DNA from: an uncultured Candidatus Saccharibacteria bacterium
GTDB lineage: Bacteria; Patescibacteriota; Minisyncoccia; Phycocordibacterales; UBA9973
Length of the DNA: 64,000 bases
Direction: 5' to 3'
Assembly: GCA_964622505.1 (NCBI GenBank)
Contig: CAZUQJ010000002.1
Span: 71,905 to 135,904 of the forward strand
In this document: positions 20,690 to 29,137 of the stretch, in pieces
Layout: every line of letters starts with the position of its first letter
How positions within the stretch are numbered: the first letter of the stretch is position 1
Position numbers and translations under genes: made by a program
Notes under the pieces: generated by a model
What the model was told of the DNA's origin: nothing
Seen by the model: the letters and a program-made list of their open reading frames with translations, nothing else
Databases searched by the model: none

Positions 20690-20820
20690 ATATATAAGTA
20701 GTTAAAAAATTTTACTTCGCATATCTTTTTCGAGGGTACTCAAATTTTTTGCTAAAAATTTGCTCAGTTCTCCGACCGTCGTCGTCCGAAGCCCCTCAAA
20801 AAGATACGCGTGCGACAATT

Positions 20821-21765
20821 TTATAAACCTAATTTAACTTTTAAATTTATAAGCATTACTTCGGTCATCTTTGGCAGATCGAATTCATGTTTCCAGCCCC
20901 AGTCTGTTCGGGCAACACTGTCATCGATACTTGCAGGCCAGCTATCAGCGATCTTTTGGCGGTGATCGGGAGCGTATGATACTTCAAGTTCGGGAATTGA
21001 TTTCTTGATTTCGAGTGCAATTTCTTTCGGTGAAAAACTTATTGCAGATAAATTGTATGACATTCTGTTTTTAACATTCTCGGTTGGAGCTTGCATGAGC
21101 TCGATTGTTGCACGGATGGCATCATCCATGTACATCATTGGCAGATAAGTATTCTCGGAAAGGAAACATGTATACTTTTTATTCTTTATCGCTTCGTAGA
21201 AAATTTCTACTGCGTAGTCTGTTGTACCTCCACCTGGCTCACTCTTCCAACTTATCAGTCCTGGGTAGCGAACAGAACGCACATCAAGGCCGAATTTAGC
21301 ATTGTAATATTGGCACAGCATTTCGCCTGCGTATTTGGTAACGCCATACATTGTACTTGGCTCGATCACTGTAGCTTGCGGAGTATTATCGCGCGGAGTT
21401 GTCGGGCCAAAGACTGCGATAGAGCTTGGCCAGAAGATTTTCAACTTTTTCTCTACACCAAGATCAAGGATTTGTCGTAGGCTCCCCATATTGAGATCCC
21501 AGCATAGCTTTGGATTTTTCTCACCCGTTGCAGAAAGTAATGCTGCTAGTAAATATATATCTGTAATACCCTCCTTTTCTACAACCGCTCGGGTTGCCAC
21601 AGCATCGGTCGCATCGAGTTGCACGTACGGACCGTCAGCCAGCATTGGGTGATTTTCCCTCAAATCACTTGCAAAAACATTCTCGTTCCCATGAATTTTC
21701 CTTAAAGCCAAAGTTAGCTCTACCCCGATCTGTCCACAAGCACCCATGATTAAAATTTTACTCAT
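20821..21765 (-). CDS. tdh: L-threonine 3-dehydrogenase, SDR/epimerase type
   Basis: GACGQIG, LSATGE, PSSIAVFG, YGVTK, PGGGTTDYAV, RQKIADSWP; adjacent to kbl. Confidence 0.9.
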   Translation of the reverse strand: MSKILIMGACGQIGVELTLALRKIHGNENVFASDLRENHPMLADGPYVQLDATDAVATRAVVEKEGITDIYLLAALLSATGEKNPKLCWDLNMGSLRQILDLGVEKKLKIFWPSSIAVFGPTTPRDNTPQATVIEPSTMYGVTKYAGEMLCQYYNAKFGLDVRSVRYPGLISWKSEPGGGTTDYAVEIFYEAIKNKKYTCFLSENTYLPMMYMDDAIRATIELMQAPTENVKNRMSYNLSAISFSPKEIALEIKKSIPELEVSYAPDHRQKIADSWPASIDDSVARTDWGWKHEFDLPKMTEVMLINLKVKLGL

Positions 21766-22645
21766 TTTTATATAAATTAATTAATAACTCTTTATCATCA
21801 TTACTAAATTTCACACCCCTTCTCTCCATCATCCTAATTGCAATTTTTTCTGTTATGTCTATAGGAATTTCTGTCATATTATCTTTCGCATAATAATTCA
21901 CAAAATTTGGCACGTCTGTAGTCACAGTACCATATATATGTGCACCTACCCCAATTATTTTTCCTGTATATACAGATATATTGATTGCGGTCTTCACATA
22001 ATCTGCAACGATTGGACCCATGTGCAATTCGCCTGTTTCAACACCAGCAAGTTTTACTGTGCCGTAAGTATTTTTTACATTTGAAAATGATGTCCCTCCA
22101 CCGATGTTTACCCAAGATCCTACATAAGCATCGCCGAGGAATCCGTGATGAGATTTGTTGCTGTAACTTTCAAATACGGTATTCTTGATTTCACCACCCA
22201 CACCGGAAACTTTGCCAATATATGAATTGCCAAGATTCGCGTGTGAATGCACTCGCGCACCCGCATCTATACGTACTGGCCCAACAAGATATGTAAATGG
22301 TTCTACTTTGACATCTTTTTCAATCACAATGATTCCAGCTTCAGTATTAAAAGCTACAGTGCTATCTACTGTGGCTGTTGTATGTACGTATACATTTGGC
22401 GCAACGAGCTTGTAGCCTGAATTATTTTCCAGAATTTTTGCTTTGTATTTATTGAGGTTGTTTGCGAAATTTTTCTTGTGCAAAGTGACAAGATGAAACA
22501 ATTCATTTGGCATTTCAAATAATTCCCCTTTTGCAAATCCAAGCGCACTTTCTTCGTCTATAGAAAATCCGCCACAATGTATATCGGTAATTTTGCGAGT
22601 CAGAGTGATGGGATATAAATTCTCTCCACTTGTTTGTGTATCCAT
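21758..22645 (-). CDS. GlmU-like left-handed beta-helix (hexapeptide) acetyltransferase
   Basis: GGEIKNTV, SNKSHHGFLGDAYVGSWVNIGGGTSFSNVKNTYG. Confidence 0.8.
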   Translation of the reverse strand: MDTQTSGENLYPITLTRKITDIHCGGFSIDEESALGFAKGELFEMPNELFHLVTLHKKNFANNLNKYKAKILENNSGYKLVAPNVYVHTTATVDSTVAFNTEAGIIVIEKDVKVEPFTYLVGPVRIDAGARVHSHANLGNSYIGKVSGVGGEIKNTVFESYSNKSHHGFLGDAYVGSWVNIGGGTSFSNVKNTYGTVKLAGVETGELHMGPIVADYVKTAINISVYTGKIIGVGAHIYGTVTTDVPNFVNYYAKDNMTEIPIDITEKIAIRMMERRGVKFSNDDKELLINLYKNE

Positions 22646-22708
22646 ACTGCCAATATATCACAATTTTACTTGCCTGTCTTTGCTTTATAAATATGCTATA
22701 TTCTTTAT

Positions 22709-23248
22709 ATGGTAACCATTATTTTTGATTTTGACGATACTCTTTTTGACACCAAACGCTTCAATGGCGATGTGGTAGAGCGTTTTGCATTGCACGGCGT
22801 GGACAAAGAACTCGCAAGGCTCGCCTACAATAATACAAAAATTAATATGGGGAATTATACCCTCAACGGGCACATCACCACCCTCCGCGATGCCCATGGC
22901 AAAGAAATTCCAAAAGAGTTTTATGATTGGTTTGAAGGTTTGGATTTAACTGAGTATGTACTGCCCCAGATGGATATCTTACTCACAGAGCTTGCACAAA
23001 ATCATAAATTGATACTGCTTACAAAAGGGGAAGATGATTTTCAGAATATTAAAATTACTCGTTCAGACCTCGCAAAACATTTTCATGAGATACACATAAC
23101 CCCCAATAGTAAAGAATTATTTTTTGCTGATAAAAGTTTTGATGATAAAGTTGTTTTTATAAATGACAAAGAGGATGAGAATCAAAAAATAAAAGAGTTC
23201 TATCCAGATTTTAAAGTGAGTCAAAAATATGAAAAGGGAGACATGTAG
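22709..23248 (+). CDS. HAD-family hydrolase
   Basis: IFDFDDTL motif I, LLTKG, FINDK. Confidence 0.8.
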   Translation: MVTIIFDFDDTLFDTKRFNGDVVERFALHGVDKELARLAYNNTKINMGNYTLNGHITTLRDAHGKEIPKEFYDWFEGLDLTEYVLPQMDILLTELAQNHKLILLTKGEDDFQNIKITRSDLAKHFHEIHITPNSKELFFADKSFDDKVVFINDKEDENQKIKEFYPDFKVSQKYEKGDM

Positions 23249-23264
23249 TCTCCCTTATCGTTGT

Positions 23265-24224
23265 TTAGTTTAATTCTTCGTAAAACACCAGGTCTTGCCT
23301 TGTGGGGCATGTTGCGTCTGGTGTGGTGATTTTTTTACCCGAAACGTGGGTTGCAAAATGGATTGCTTTGCGGATATCATCGATAGTCGCTGTTGCAATG
23401 GATTTGTTCAGGTCTCCTAACTTGGCGATAAATGCTCCTTCGAAGCAGTCTCCGGCTGCGTTTTCAAAAATAGGTGCACCTTCTTCAAGATACTGCGTGC
23501 ACGCCTCAAAGCGTTCGACGGGGTGTCCCTTTAGCGAAAACATTCCTCCGTGTTTGGATTCTGTGACAATAATTAAGGTTGGTCCTCTCTTGTAAAGCAG
23601 TTTGTGTAATTCTGCTGGGGAAGTTTCCTTAAAAGCTTTGTACTCATCAGAATTGACGATCAAAAAGTCAGTACACTTCAATAATTCTTTAAAGGGAGTA
23701 CTATTTTGGATAATTTCGGGTCGAGGATTTAAAACTCGGTTCCCGAAATGTCTGTTGAAAAAAGCTTTGATAAGCGGTATGTGCTGGTATCGAACCCCGG
23801 TACCTATGCGCCAAGTGCCGCCTTCCATCCGGTGTATTTCCTCTATCGTTTTATCAACTTTTTTCTGAATAACTTCGTTTTTTAGACATCTCGATTTTGT
23901 GCTGATGTATAAATCATCAGTAGGGATAATCGTAAAGTCACTTGAGGTCAGAATAGGAAATTCCACATAAGGAATCTTGGATTTTTTCAGCAGAAAATTT
24001 AGCAAGTGTTTTTCTGGATTCTTCTCGCGCCCCGTGAGGGCGAACAATTTGCTTTCGTGACCAAGCGTATGAATTGCTCTAGCCACATTAGCAGAAGTTC
24101 CGGCGAGGCCGAATTTAACTTCCTCCAAAGTACCTTTTTCACTGGTAGCTGGACCAAATTTTTGTTGCATTTCTGTGTTTACAGAGAAACCAACGTCAGC
24201 GGTAATAATGTTTCTAGGTTGCAT
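23265..24224 (-). CDS. PfkB-family carbohydrate kinase, divergent (solo gene)
   Basis: AGTSANVA, LIVNSDE, IIVTESKHGG, AAGDCF. Confidence 0.75.
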   Translation of the reverse strand: MQPRNIITADVGFSVNTEMQQKFGPATSEKGTLEEVKFGLAGTSANVARAIHTLGHESKLFALTGREKNPEKHLLNFLLKKSKIPYVEFPILTSSDFTIIPTDDLYISTKSRCLKNEVIQKKVDKTIEEIHRMEGGTWRIGTGVRYQHIPLIKAFFNRHFGNRVLNPRPEIIQNSTPFKELLKCTDFLIVNSDEYKAFKETSPAELHKLLYKRGPTLIIVTESKHGGMFSLKGHPVERFEACTQYLEEGAPIFENAAGDCFEGAFIAKLGDLNKSIATATIDDIRKAIHFATHVSGKKITTPDATCPTRQDLVFYEELN

Positions 24225-24332
24225 ATCGTTTCGTTTTTTTTAAGGTTAAACCATTTTTCTTCATTATATCCTTATTTTTGCCGAAATCAAGCACTAAAAA
24301 TCCCCCACGTTGTGGGGGATTTTTAGTGCTTT

Positions 24333-24833
24333 TTATCTCATCAAATACTTTTTTGGATTTTTTGAAAGGTCAAAGAAGTCGTCGGCAACGTCCTTGAGTT
24401 TCATAGAGGTTGATTTATCAAAGGAAACGACTTCTACTTGTATAAGACGTGCCTGGAGGTACTCGACGAGCGGAATGAAGTCTCCATCCCCGGTTACGAG
24501 TACGACTGCGTCGAGACGAGAGGACATTTTGATTACATCAACAGTAATTCCTACATCCCAATCCCCTTTTTTCGCACCACCACCAAAAATCTGCAATTCT
24601 TTTGTTTTTGTTTCGATGCCGAGCTTGATAAGTGCATCAAAAAAGTTTTTCTCATCTCCACCTTCGCTTGATATCACATAGGCTGTGGCACGGACAAGCT
24701 TCCTGTCTGCTAAAGAGTCTTTTAGTACTTGGCCGAAGTTTACTTTTCTTTTATATAAATTTTTTGCGCTGTGATATAGATTTGATGTATCTATAAATAC
24801 TCCCACGCGTTGATCTTTGTGTTTGATTACCAT
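24333..24833 (-). CDS. NYN (LabA/DUF88) domain protein
   Basis: FIDTSNL, KGDWDVGITVD, LVTGDGDF. Confidence 0.9.
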   Translation of the reverse strand: MVIKHKDQRVGVFIDTSNLYHSAKNLYKRKVNFGQVLKDSLADRKLVRATAYVISSEGGDEKNFFDALIKLGIETKTKELQIFGGGAKKGDWDVGITVDVIKMSSRLDAVVLVTGDGDFIPLVEYLQARLIQVEVVSFDKSTSMKLKDVADDFFDLSKNPKKYLMR

Positions 24834-24887
24834 ATATTTTTATTATACCAAAATCAAAACATCTCGACTAATCGAGATGTTTTGATT

Positions 24888-25154
24888 TTATGCTGTTGCT
24901 TTTAGTTTCTTTGAGACTAATGTGTGGCGAGCTTTGTCGGACTTCTCTAGATGTTTGAGGTGAGTACGGCGGTCAGCTACCATCTTGATCAAACCACGGC
25001 GTGAGTGGTTGTCTTTCTTGTGTTTCTTCAAGTGTAATGCCAATTCGTCGATACGAACACTGATCATAGCGATCTGCACTTCTGGAGATCCTGTATCTTT
25101 GTCGTGAATCTGATTTTTCTTTATTATTGTCGCCTTTTTCTTTGCTTTTAACAT
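24888..25154 (-). CDS. rpsO: 30S ribosomal protein S15
   Basis: HDKDTGSPEVQIA, HKKDNHSRRGL; start MLKAKK. Confidence 0.96.
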   Translation of the reverse strand: MLKAKKKATIIKKNQIHDKDTGSPEVQIAMISVRIDELALHLKKHKKDNHSRRGLIKMVADRRTHLKHLEKSDKARHTLVSKKLKATA

Positions 25155-25275
25155 ATTGCATATATTAGCACAGAATGGATTTTTTTGCAAGACCTTGTTG
25201 AGTTTTGTAAGGTCGGTCCTTAAGGGAGCCCAAGGACCGACCTTGGGTAAAAATGAGCAATAAAAGTTATCCACA

Positions 25276-25313
25276 TACTTTACTTGACTAAAGTACTTTA
25301 GTTTGATAAAGTG
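25276..25313. promoter_or_regulatory. Two tandem 20-bp palindromic operators overlapping a TTGACT-N17-TAAAGT promoter
   Basis: TACTTTACTTGACTAAAGTA (25276-25295) and TACTTTAGTTTGATAAAGTG (25294-25313); resemble the HisR-type ACTTTA-N6-TAAAGT site. Confidence 0.75.
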
Positions 25314-25321
25314 GGTAGGTA

Positions 25322-25678
25322 ATGGAATTTAATTGGAAAACACAACCAAATAAAGAATTAGTGGATGCATTCCTCTCTCTTTCCTCGCGTGAGGAGGCCG
25401 AGCGCTTTCTCCGCGACTTGATGACCGAAGGCGAGATCACTGAATTCGCCAAGCGCTTGCAAACAGCTGAACTCCTTTCTGCTAAAGTCCCCTACTCTAC
25501 TATCGAACGTGAAACTGGTTTCTCGTCGACGACCGTGGCACGAGTATCGAAGTGGTTATCCAAAGGTACCGGAGGCTATAAAGAAATAATTACAAAACTT
25601 GGTTCGACCAAGCTCACCACAAGTCATCATCACAATCCATCCAAAATTGGGAAAGGATTGTCTTTGACGCGTACATAA
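25322..25678 (+). CDS. YerC/YecD TrpR-like repressor (HisR-like) with a C-terminal His3 tail
   Basis: FLRDLMTEGEI..FAKRL, YSTIERETGFSSTTVARVSKWL..G.GGY. Confidence 0.9.
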   Translation: MEFNWKTQPNKELVDAFLSLSSREEAERFLRDLMTEGEITEFAKRLQTAELLSAKVPYSTIERETGFSSTTVARVSKWLSKGTGGYKEIITKLGSTKLTTSHHHNPSKIGKGLSLTRT

Positions 25679-25732
25679 TTGTATCTACCTCGAAACCAAC
25701 CCCTTCTCAATTTTGAGGAGGGGTTTTGTTTT
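25625..25732 (+). promoter_or_regulatory. Putative His-sensing ribosome-mediated transcription attenuator
   Basis: CAT CAT CAC at 25625-25633; 1:2 helix 25632-25661; 2:3 pairing of 25643-25660 with 25697-25714; terminator 25698-25725 plus T tract. Confidence 0.75.
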
Positions 25733-25826
25733 GTCCCTAACAAAATAACAGTTCTTTAAAATTGTATTTGGTTGGTTACATAAGTTTTTCCTGAGAATTT
25801 ATGTAACCAACTAAATATTAAATAAA

Positions 25827-26717
25827 ATGGAAAATTCAAAAGAGTACTTAAAAGGTATCGTTGCCCTGCTACAACAAAATGTACGCGTTGAAGTTAGTGA
25901 CGCAACTAATTACACAGATGAAGCAAAATACAGCCAGCTTCAAAAAGTTGAAAACGAAAGAAAGGATATAACCAAAATCCTGAAAACACACATTATTCAA
26001 GATCCGGAATCCAGGTACAATCTTGAATATTCAACAGCAAAAGAACTATCCATCCTAACTGGACAAGAAAGCTCTTTTGAAGGAACACACTACTGGTTTT
26101 ATTCCCCGATTCTTGAACCAAATATTTTGTATGTAATCCTAGAAATGAGTGAAACAAAAATTGCACCTTGTAGAATTCTTACAGAAAAAGAAAACAGGAT
26201 TTTAAAATCAAGAATCATAGATATTGGTTGCGGGAACGGACTACTTCTTGAAAAACTTTCCTTGCTAGGAGTACAGAGACATCGACTTGTTGGTATAGAC
26301 ATCTCTGAACAAGCAGTTAAGAGGGTGTGTAAAATGTTTCCAAGTATTTGTGGCAGGATTGAAAATCAAAAAGATTGGTTTGAAAATTTTGATTTTGTTT
26401 TTCTAAGCTATTTTGTAGACCGTGATGAAAACCAAAAAGAGACTTTCAAAAAAAGTGTCCAAACATTAAATTGGAAAGGTTTTTTGGTGCTTGAAGGACT
26501 TTTCCCGTGTGTATTATCCGACTCTAATGGAGTTTCTTATGGAGAAGCAAATGTGACAAAAGGTTTAGACCCCGTGGAAGACATTTTGTGCGTAGTGGAA
26601 GAATGTAAACGATTGAAGGTAGTTTTGAAAAAGATTATCGTCGGTCAACGACTTGTCTACAGCTTAGACGGTTCGGAAGTTCTCCCTACCTATATTCTTG
26701 TTTTTCAAAAAGAGTAA
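25827..26717 (+). CDS. Class I SAM-dependent methyltransferase
   Basis: IIDIGCGNG, GIDIS, FDFVFLS, L..KGFLVLE. Confidence 0.85.
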   Translation: MENSKEYLKGIVALLQQNVRVEVSDATNYTDEAKYSQLQKVENERKDITKILKTHIIQDPESRYNLEYSTAKELSILTGQESSFEGTHYWFYSPILEPNILYVILEMSETKIAPCRILTEKENRILKSRIIDIGCGNGLLLEKLSLLGVQRHRLVGIDISEQAVKRVCKMFPSICGRIENQKDWFENFDFVFLSYFVDRDENQKETFKKSVQTLNWKGFLVLEGLFPCVLSDSNGVSYGEANVTKGLDPVEDILCVVEECKRLKVVLKKIIVGQRLVYSLDGSEVLPTYILVFQKE

Positions 26718-26796
26718 GAAGTTCAAAATTAATTATTACCTGCGGCGGCACATGTCGTTGCAGGTTTTATTTTTATTAGTTAATAATTTTAAAAGT

Positions 26797-27534
26797 ATGT
26801 ATAAAAAAGAAAGAAAATTTAATAAAAAAATAGACGATAAAAACTGGCAAGTGTTATTTAACACGCATTTTCAGAGTATGCAGTCACTCGGCGCAGTGAG
26901 TACTATGTGGATCAACGGATTCTCGAAACTTGGTTTTGATAATTCACAAATGCCAACAGCAGAAGCGATAAATGAGGTTTCAAAAAAATATACCGGATAC
27001 ACTTTTATCCAAACAGACGAGCGGATTATTATTCCGCAACCAGAATGGTACACAATGGTGGCAAATTATCAGCTTCCCCTCTCCAACTTCTTGCGCACAC
27101 CAGAAGAGCTTGATTATTGCGATGAGCCGGATATTTGGCACGAGATCATGGGGCACGTTGCGTTCCTGATGAATAAAGATTATTCCGACATGTATCTGTC
27201 TCTCGCAAAATTGTATATCAAGGCGTACACCAAAGATCCAAAAAATGAAACAGGAATTCTAGATAAGGTTGATTTCCTGAGCGGATACCTGATCGAGCTT
27301 GGGTTGATCCAAGAGCCAACAGGATTAAAAGCATTTGGCTCGACATTGTATTCATCTGGAGAACTGCGAGAAGCCTTTAAACCAGAAAATCAAAAAAAGT
27401 TTTCTCTTGAAATTCTTGACCAAATCAAAGGTGTTCAAAATTACGACCGATCAGCATTTCAAGGTACTTATTACATTCTTGAGAGTTTGGATCAAATGAA
27501 TGAAGCTATAGAATATCTTTCAAAAAATATATAG
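26797..27534 (+). CDS. Pterin-dependent aromatic amino acid hydroxylase homolog (PhhA-like)
   Basis: FLRTPEELDY.DEPDIWHEIMGH, IELGL, KAFGSTLYSSGEL, FQGTYY; the His-His-Glu iron triad is intact. Confidence 0.85.
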   Translation: MYKKERKFNKKIDDKNWQVLFNTHFQSMQSLGAVSTMWINGFSKLGFDNSQMPTAEAINEVSKKYTGYTFIQTDERIIIPQPEWYTMVANYQLPLSNFLRTPEELDYCDEPDIWHEIMGHVAFLMNKDYSDMYLSLAKLYIKAYTKDPKNETGILDKVDFLSGYLIELGLIQEPTGLKAFGSTLYSSGELREAFKPENQKKFSLEILDQIKGVQNYDRSAFQGTYYILESLDQMNEAIEYLSKNI

Positions 27535-27585
27535 ATTTATTGACAAACAGGTGTGAAATGGTAGGATTTAGAAAAAAGAAATATC

Positions 27586-28035
27586 ATGGAATCAAAAAAA
27601 ATTTTCACAATTTGTGCGGTAGCAGTGTTACTGTTTTCTGCTTATGCTCTCTATGTCATTGATACAATGACAGTACGAGGAGCCATTGTAATGATCGGCT
27701 TCTCTGTCACATTCTTTCTTTTAGGTGTTGCCTGGGGAAAATCTACTCTTTATTCTATTTCACCCAATAAAGAATATACTTATTGGGGTAGGGCTGGGGA
27801 ATTGATTTTCCTCCAAGATGATTATGAAGATATTCATAGTGCGTACTCTTTAAGTGATCAGCTTAGTAGTAGCCCTTTCGAGCCTAATTATTCTGAAGCA
27901 AATGATATCGTTGTTCAGAAAATTCAAAGGTTCAGAGTCTACAAAGCAACAGTATTGAACGGTGCCAGGTTACGTTTGGGTCAAAAGTGTATTGGCCTTG
28001 CAAATAACCAAATCAAAGGTAAAAAAAATAAATAA
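27586..28035 (+). CDS. Hypothetical protein with two TM helices (solo gene)
   Basis: Own TTGACA promoter at 27540; hairpin GCCCACGTAGTATACGTGGGC downstream. Confidence 0.65.
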   Translation: MESKKIFTICAVAVLLFSAYALYVIDTMTVRGAIVMIGFSVTFFLLGVAWGKSTLYSISPNKEYTYWGRAGELIFLQDDYEDIHSAYSLSDQLSSSPFEPNYSEANDIVVQKIQRFRVYKATVLNGARLRLGQKCIGLANNQIKGKKNK

Positions 28036-28141
28036 TATATTTTTAAAAAATTCTATAATATAAGCCCACGTAGTATACGTGGGCTTACTTTATGTTACAA
28101 TTATTGTACGACGCTTCGGCAGGCTCAGCGTAAAACACTAA

Positions 28142-29116
28142 ATGTTAAACAAATTAGAACAATTAAAAAGAGAATTTCTGGAGCATGTGGAGATCGAGCG
28201 TGGTAATAGTCTGCGCACGGTCCAGAATTACGATTACTATGTTTCGCGCTTTTTGGAGTTTGCCAAGATTTCTGAGCCGAAACAGATCACCGATGACAAA
28301 ATCCGTGAATTTCGTTTGCATCTAAATCGCCAAAACGGAGCCAAGATTCGTGGGCAAGTAGCGAGTAATATGAAAAAGAATACACAGAATTACCACCTCA
28401 TAGCTCTACGCATGTTTCTAAAATATCTTATGAAACGAGAAATCCCCTCCTTGCCTCCAGATCGAATAGAGCTCGCAAAGACTAAACAGCGGTCACTCGA
28501 CTTGATCTCGGTAGACGAGCTCACTCGCCTTTTGAATGCACCAATGCAAAATCCTGAGAGGTCCGACCTCAAGGGAGCCCGAGGTCCGACCTCTGGGGAT
28601 TCTGGGAGCAAAACTCTGCGTGACAAAGCAATCTTGGAATTATTTTTCTCTACTGGGCTTCGTTTGGCGGAGTTGTGTTCACTTGATCGTGACTTGGATT
28701 TATCACGAGACGATTTTTCTGTCCGTGGTAAAGGGGAAAAGGTGCGCGTGGTATTCCTAAGTGATTCTGCCAAAGATGCAATAAAAGCGTATTTAAAAAA
28801 CAGAAAGGATATGGATGCGCCGTTGTTTGTACAGAATTCTAAAAACAAAACAGGCACAGGTCGCCTGACTCCCCGCTCGATCGAGAGGATAGTGAAACAG
28901 TACGCGATCAAGGCCGGCATTTCTAAGAAAGTGACGCCACACGTGATCCGCCATAGCTTCGCCACGGACTTACTTTCCAATGGCGCTGACATTCGCTCGG
29001 TCCAAATGATGCTCGGCCATGCGAGCATTGTGACAACACAAATCTATACACACGTGACTGACTCACAGCTCCGCGATGTTCACAAGAAATTCCACAGCAA
29101 ATCAAAAGGTAAATAA
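28142..29116 (+). CDS. XerC/XerD-family tyrosine recombinase
   Basis: TGLRLAEL, GKGEKVR, TPHVIRHSFAT, LGHASIVTTQIYTHV; core-gene context, no att sites seen. Confidence 0.92.
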   Translation: MLNKLEQLKREFLEHVEIERGNSLRTVQNYDYYVSRFLEFAKISEPKQITDDKIREFRLHLNRQNGAKIRGQVASNMKKNTQNYHLIALRMFLKYLMKREIPSLPPDRIELAKTKQRSLDLISVDELTRLLNAPMQNPERSDLKGARGPTSGDSGSKTLRDKAILELFFSTGLRLAELCSLDRDLDLSRDDFSVRGKGEKVRVVFLSDSAKDAIKAYLKNRKDMDAPLFVQNSKNKTGTGRLTPRSIERIVKQYAIKAGISKKVTPHVIRHSFATDLLSNGADIRSVQMMLGHASIVTTQIYTHVTDSQLRDVHKKFHSKSKGK

Positions 29117-29137
29117 AAATTTGCTATACTATATTAT

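Noticed and set aside
28142-29116. Tyrosine recombinase as a phage or integron integrase
   Set aside because: Its size and motifs are those of chromosomal Xer. I saw no IntI insertion, attC array or phage genes.
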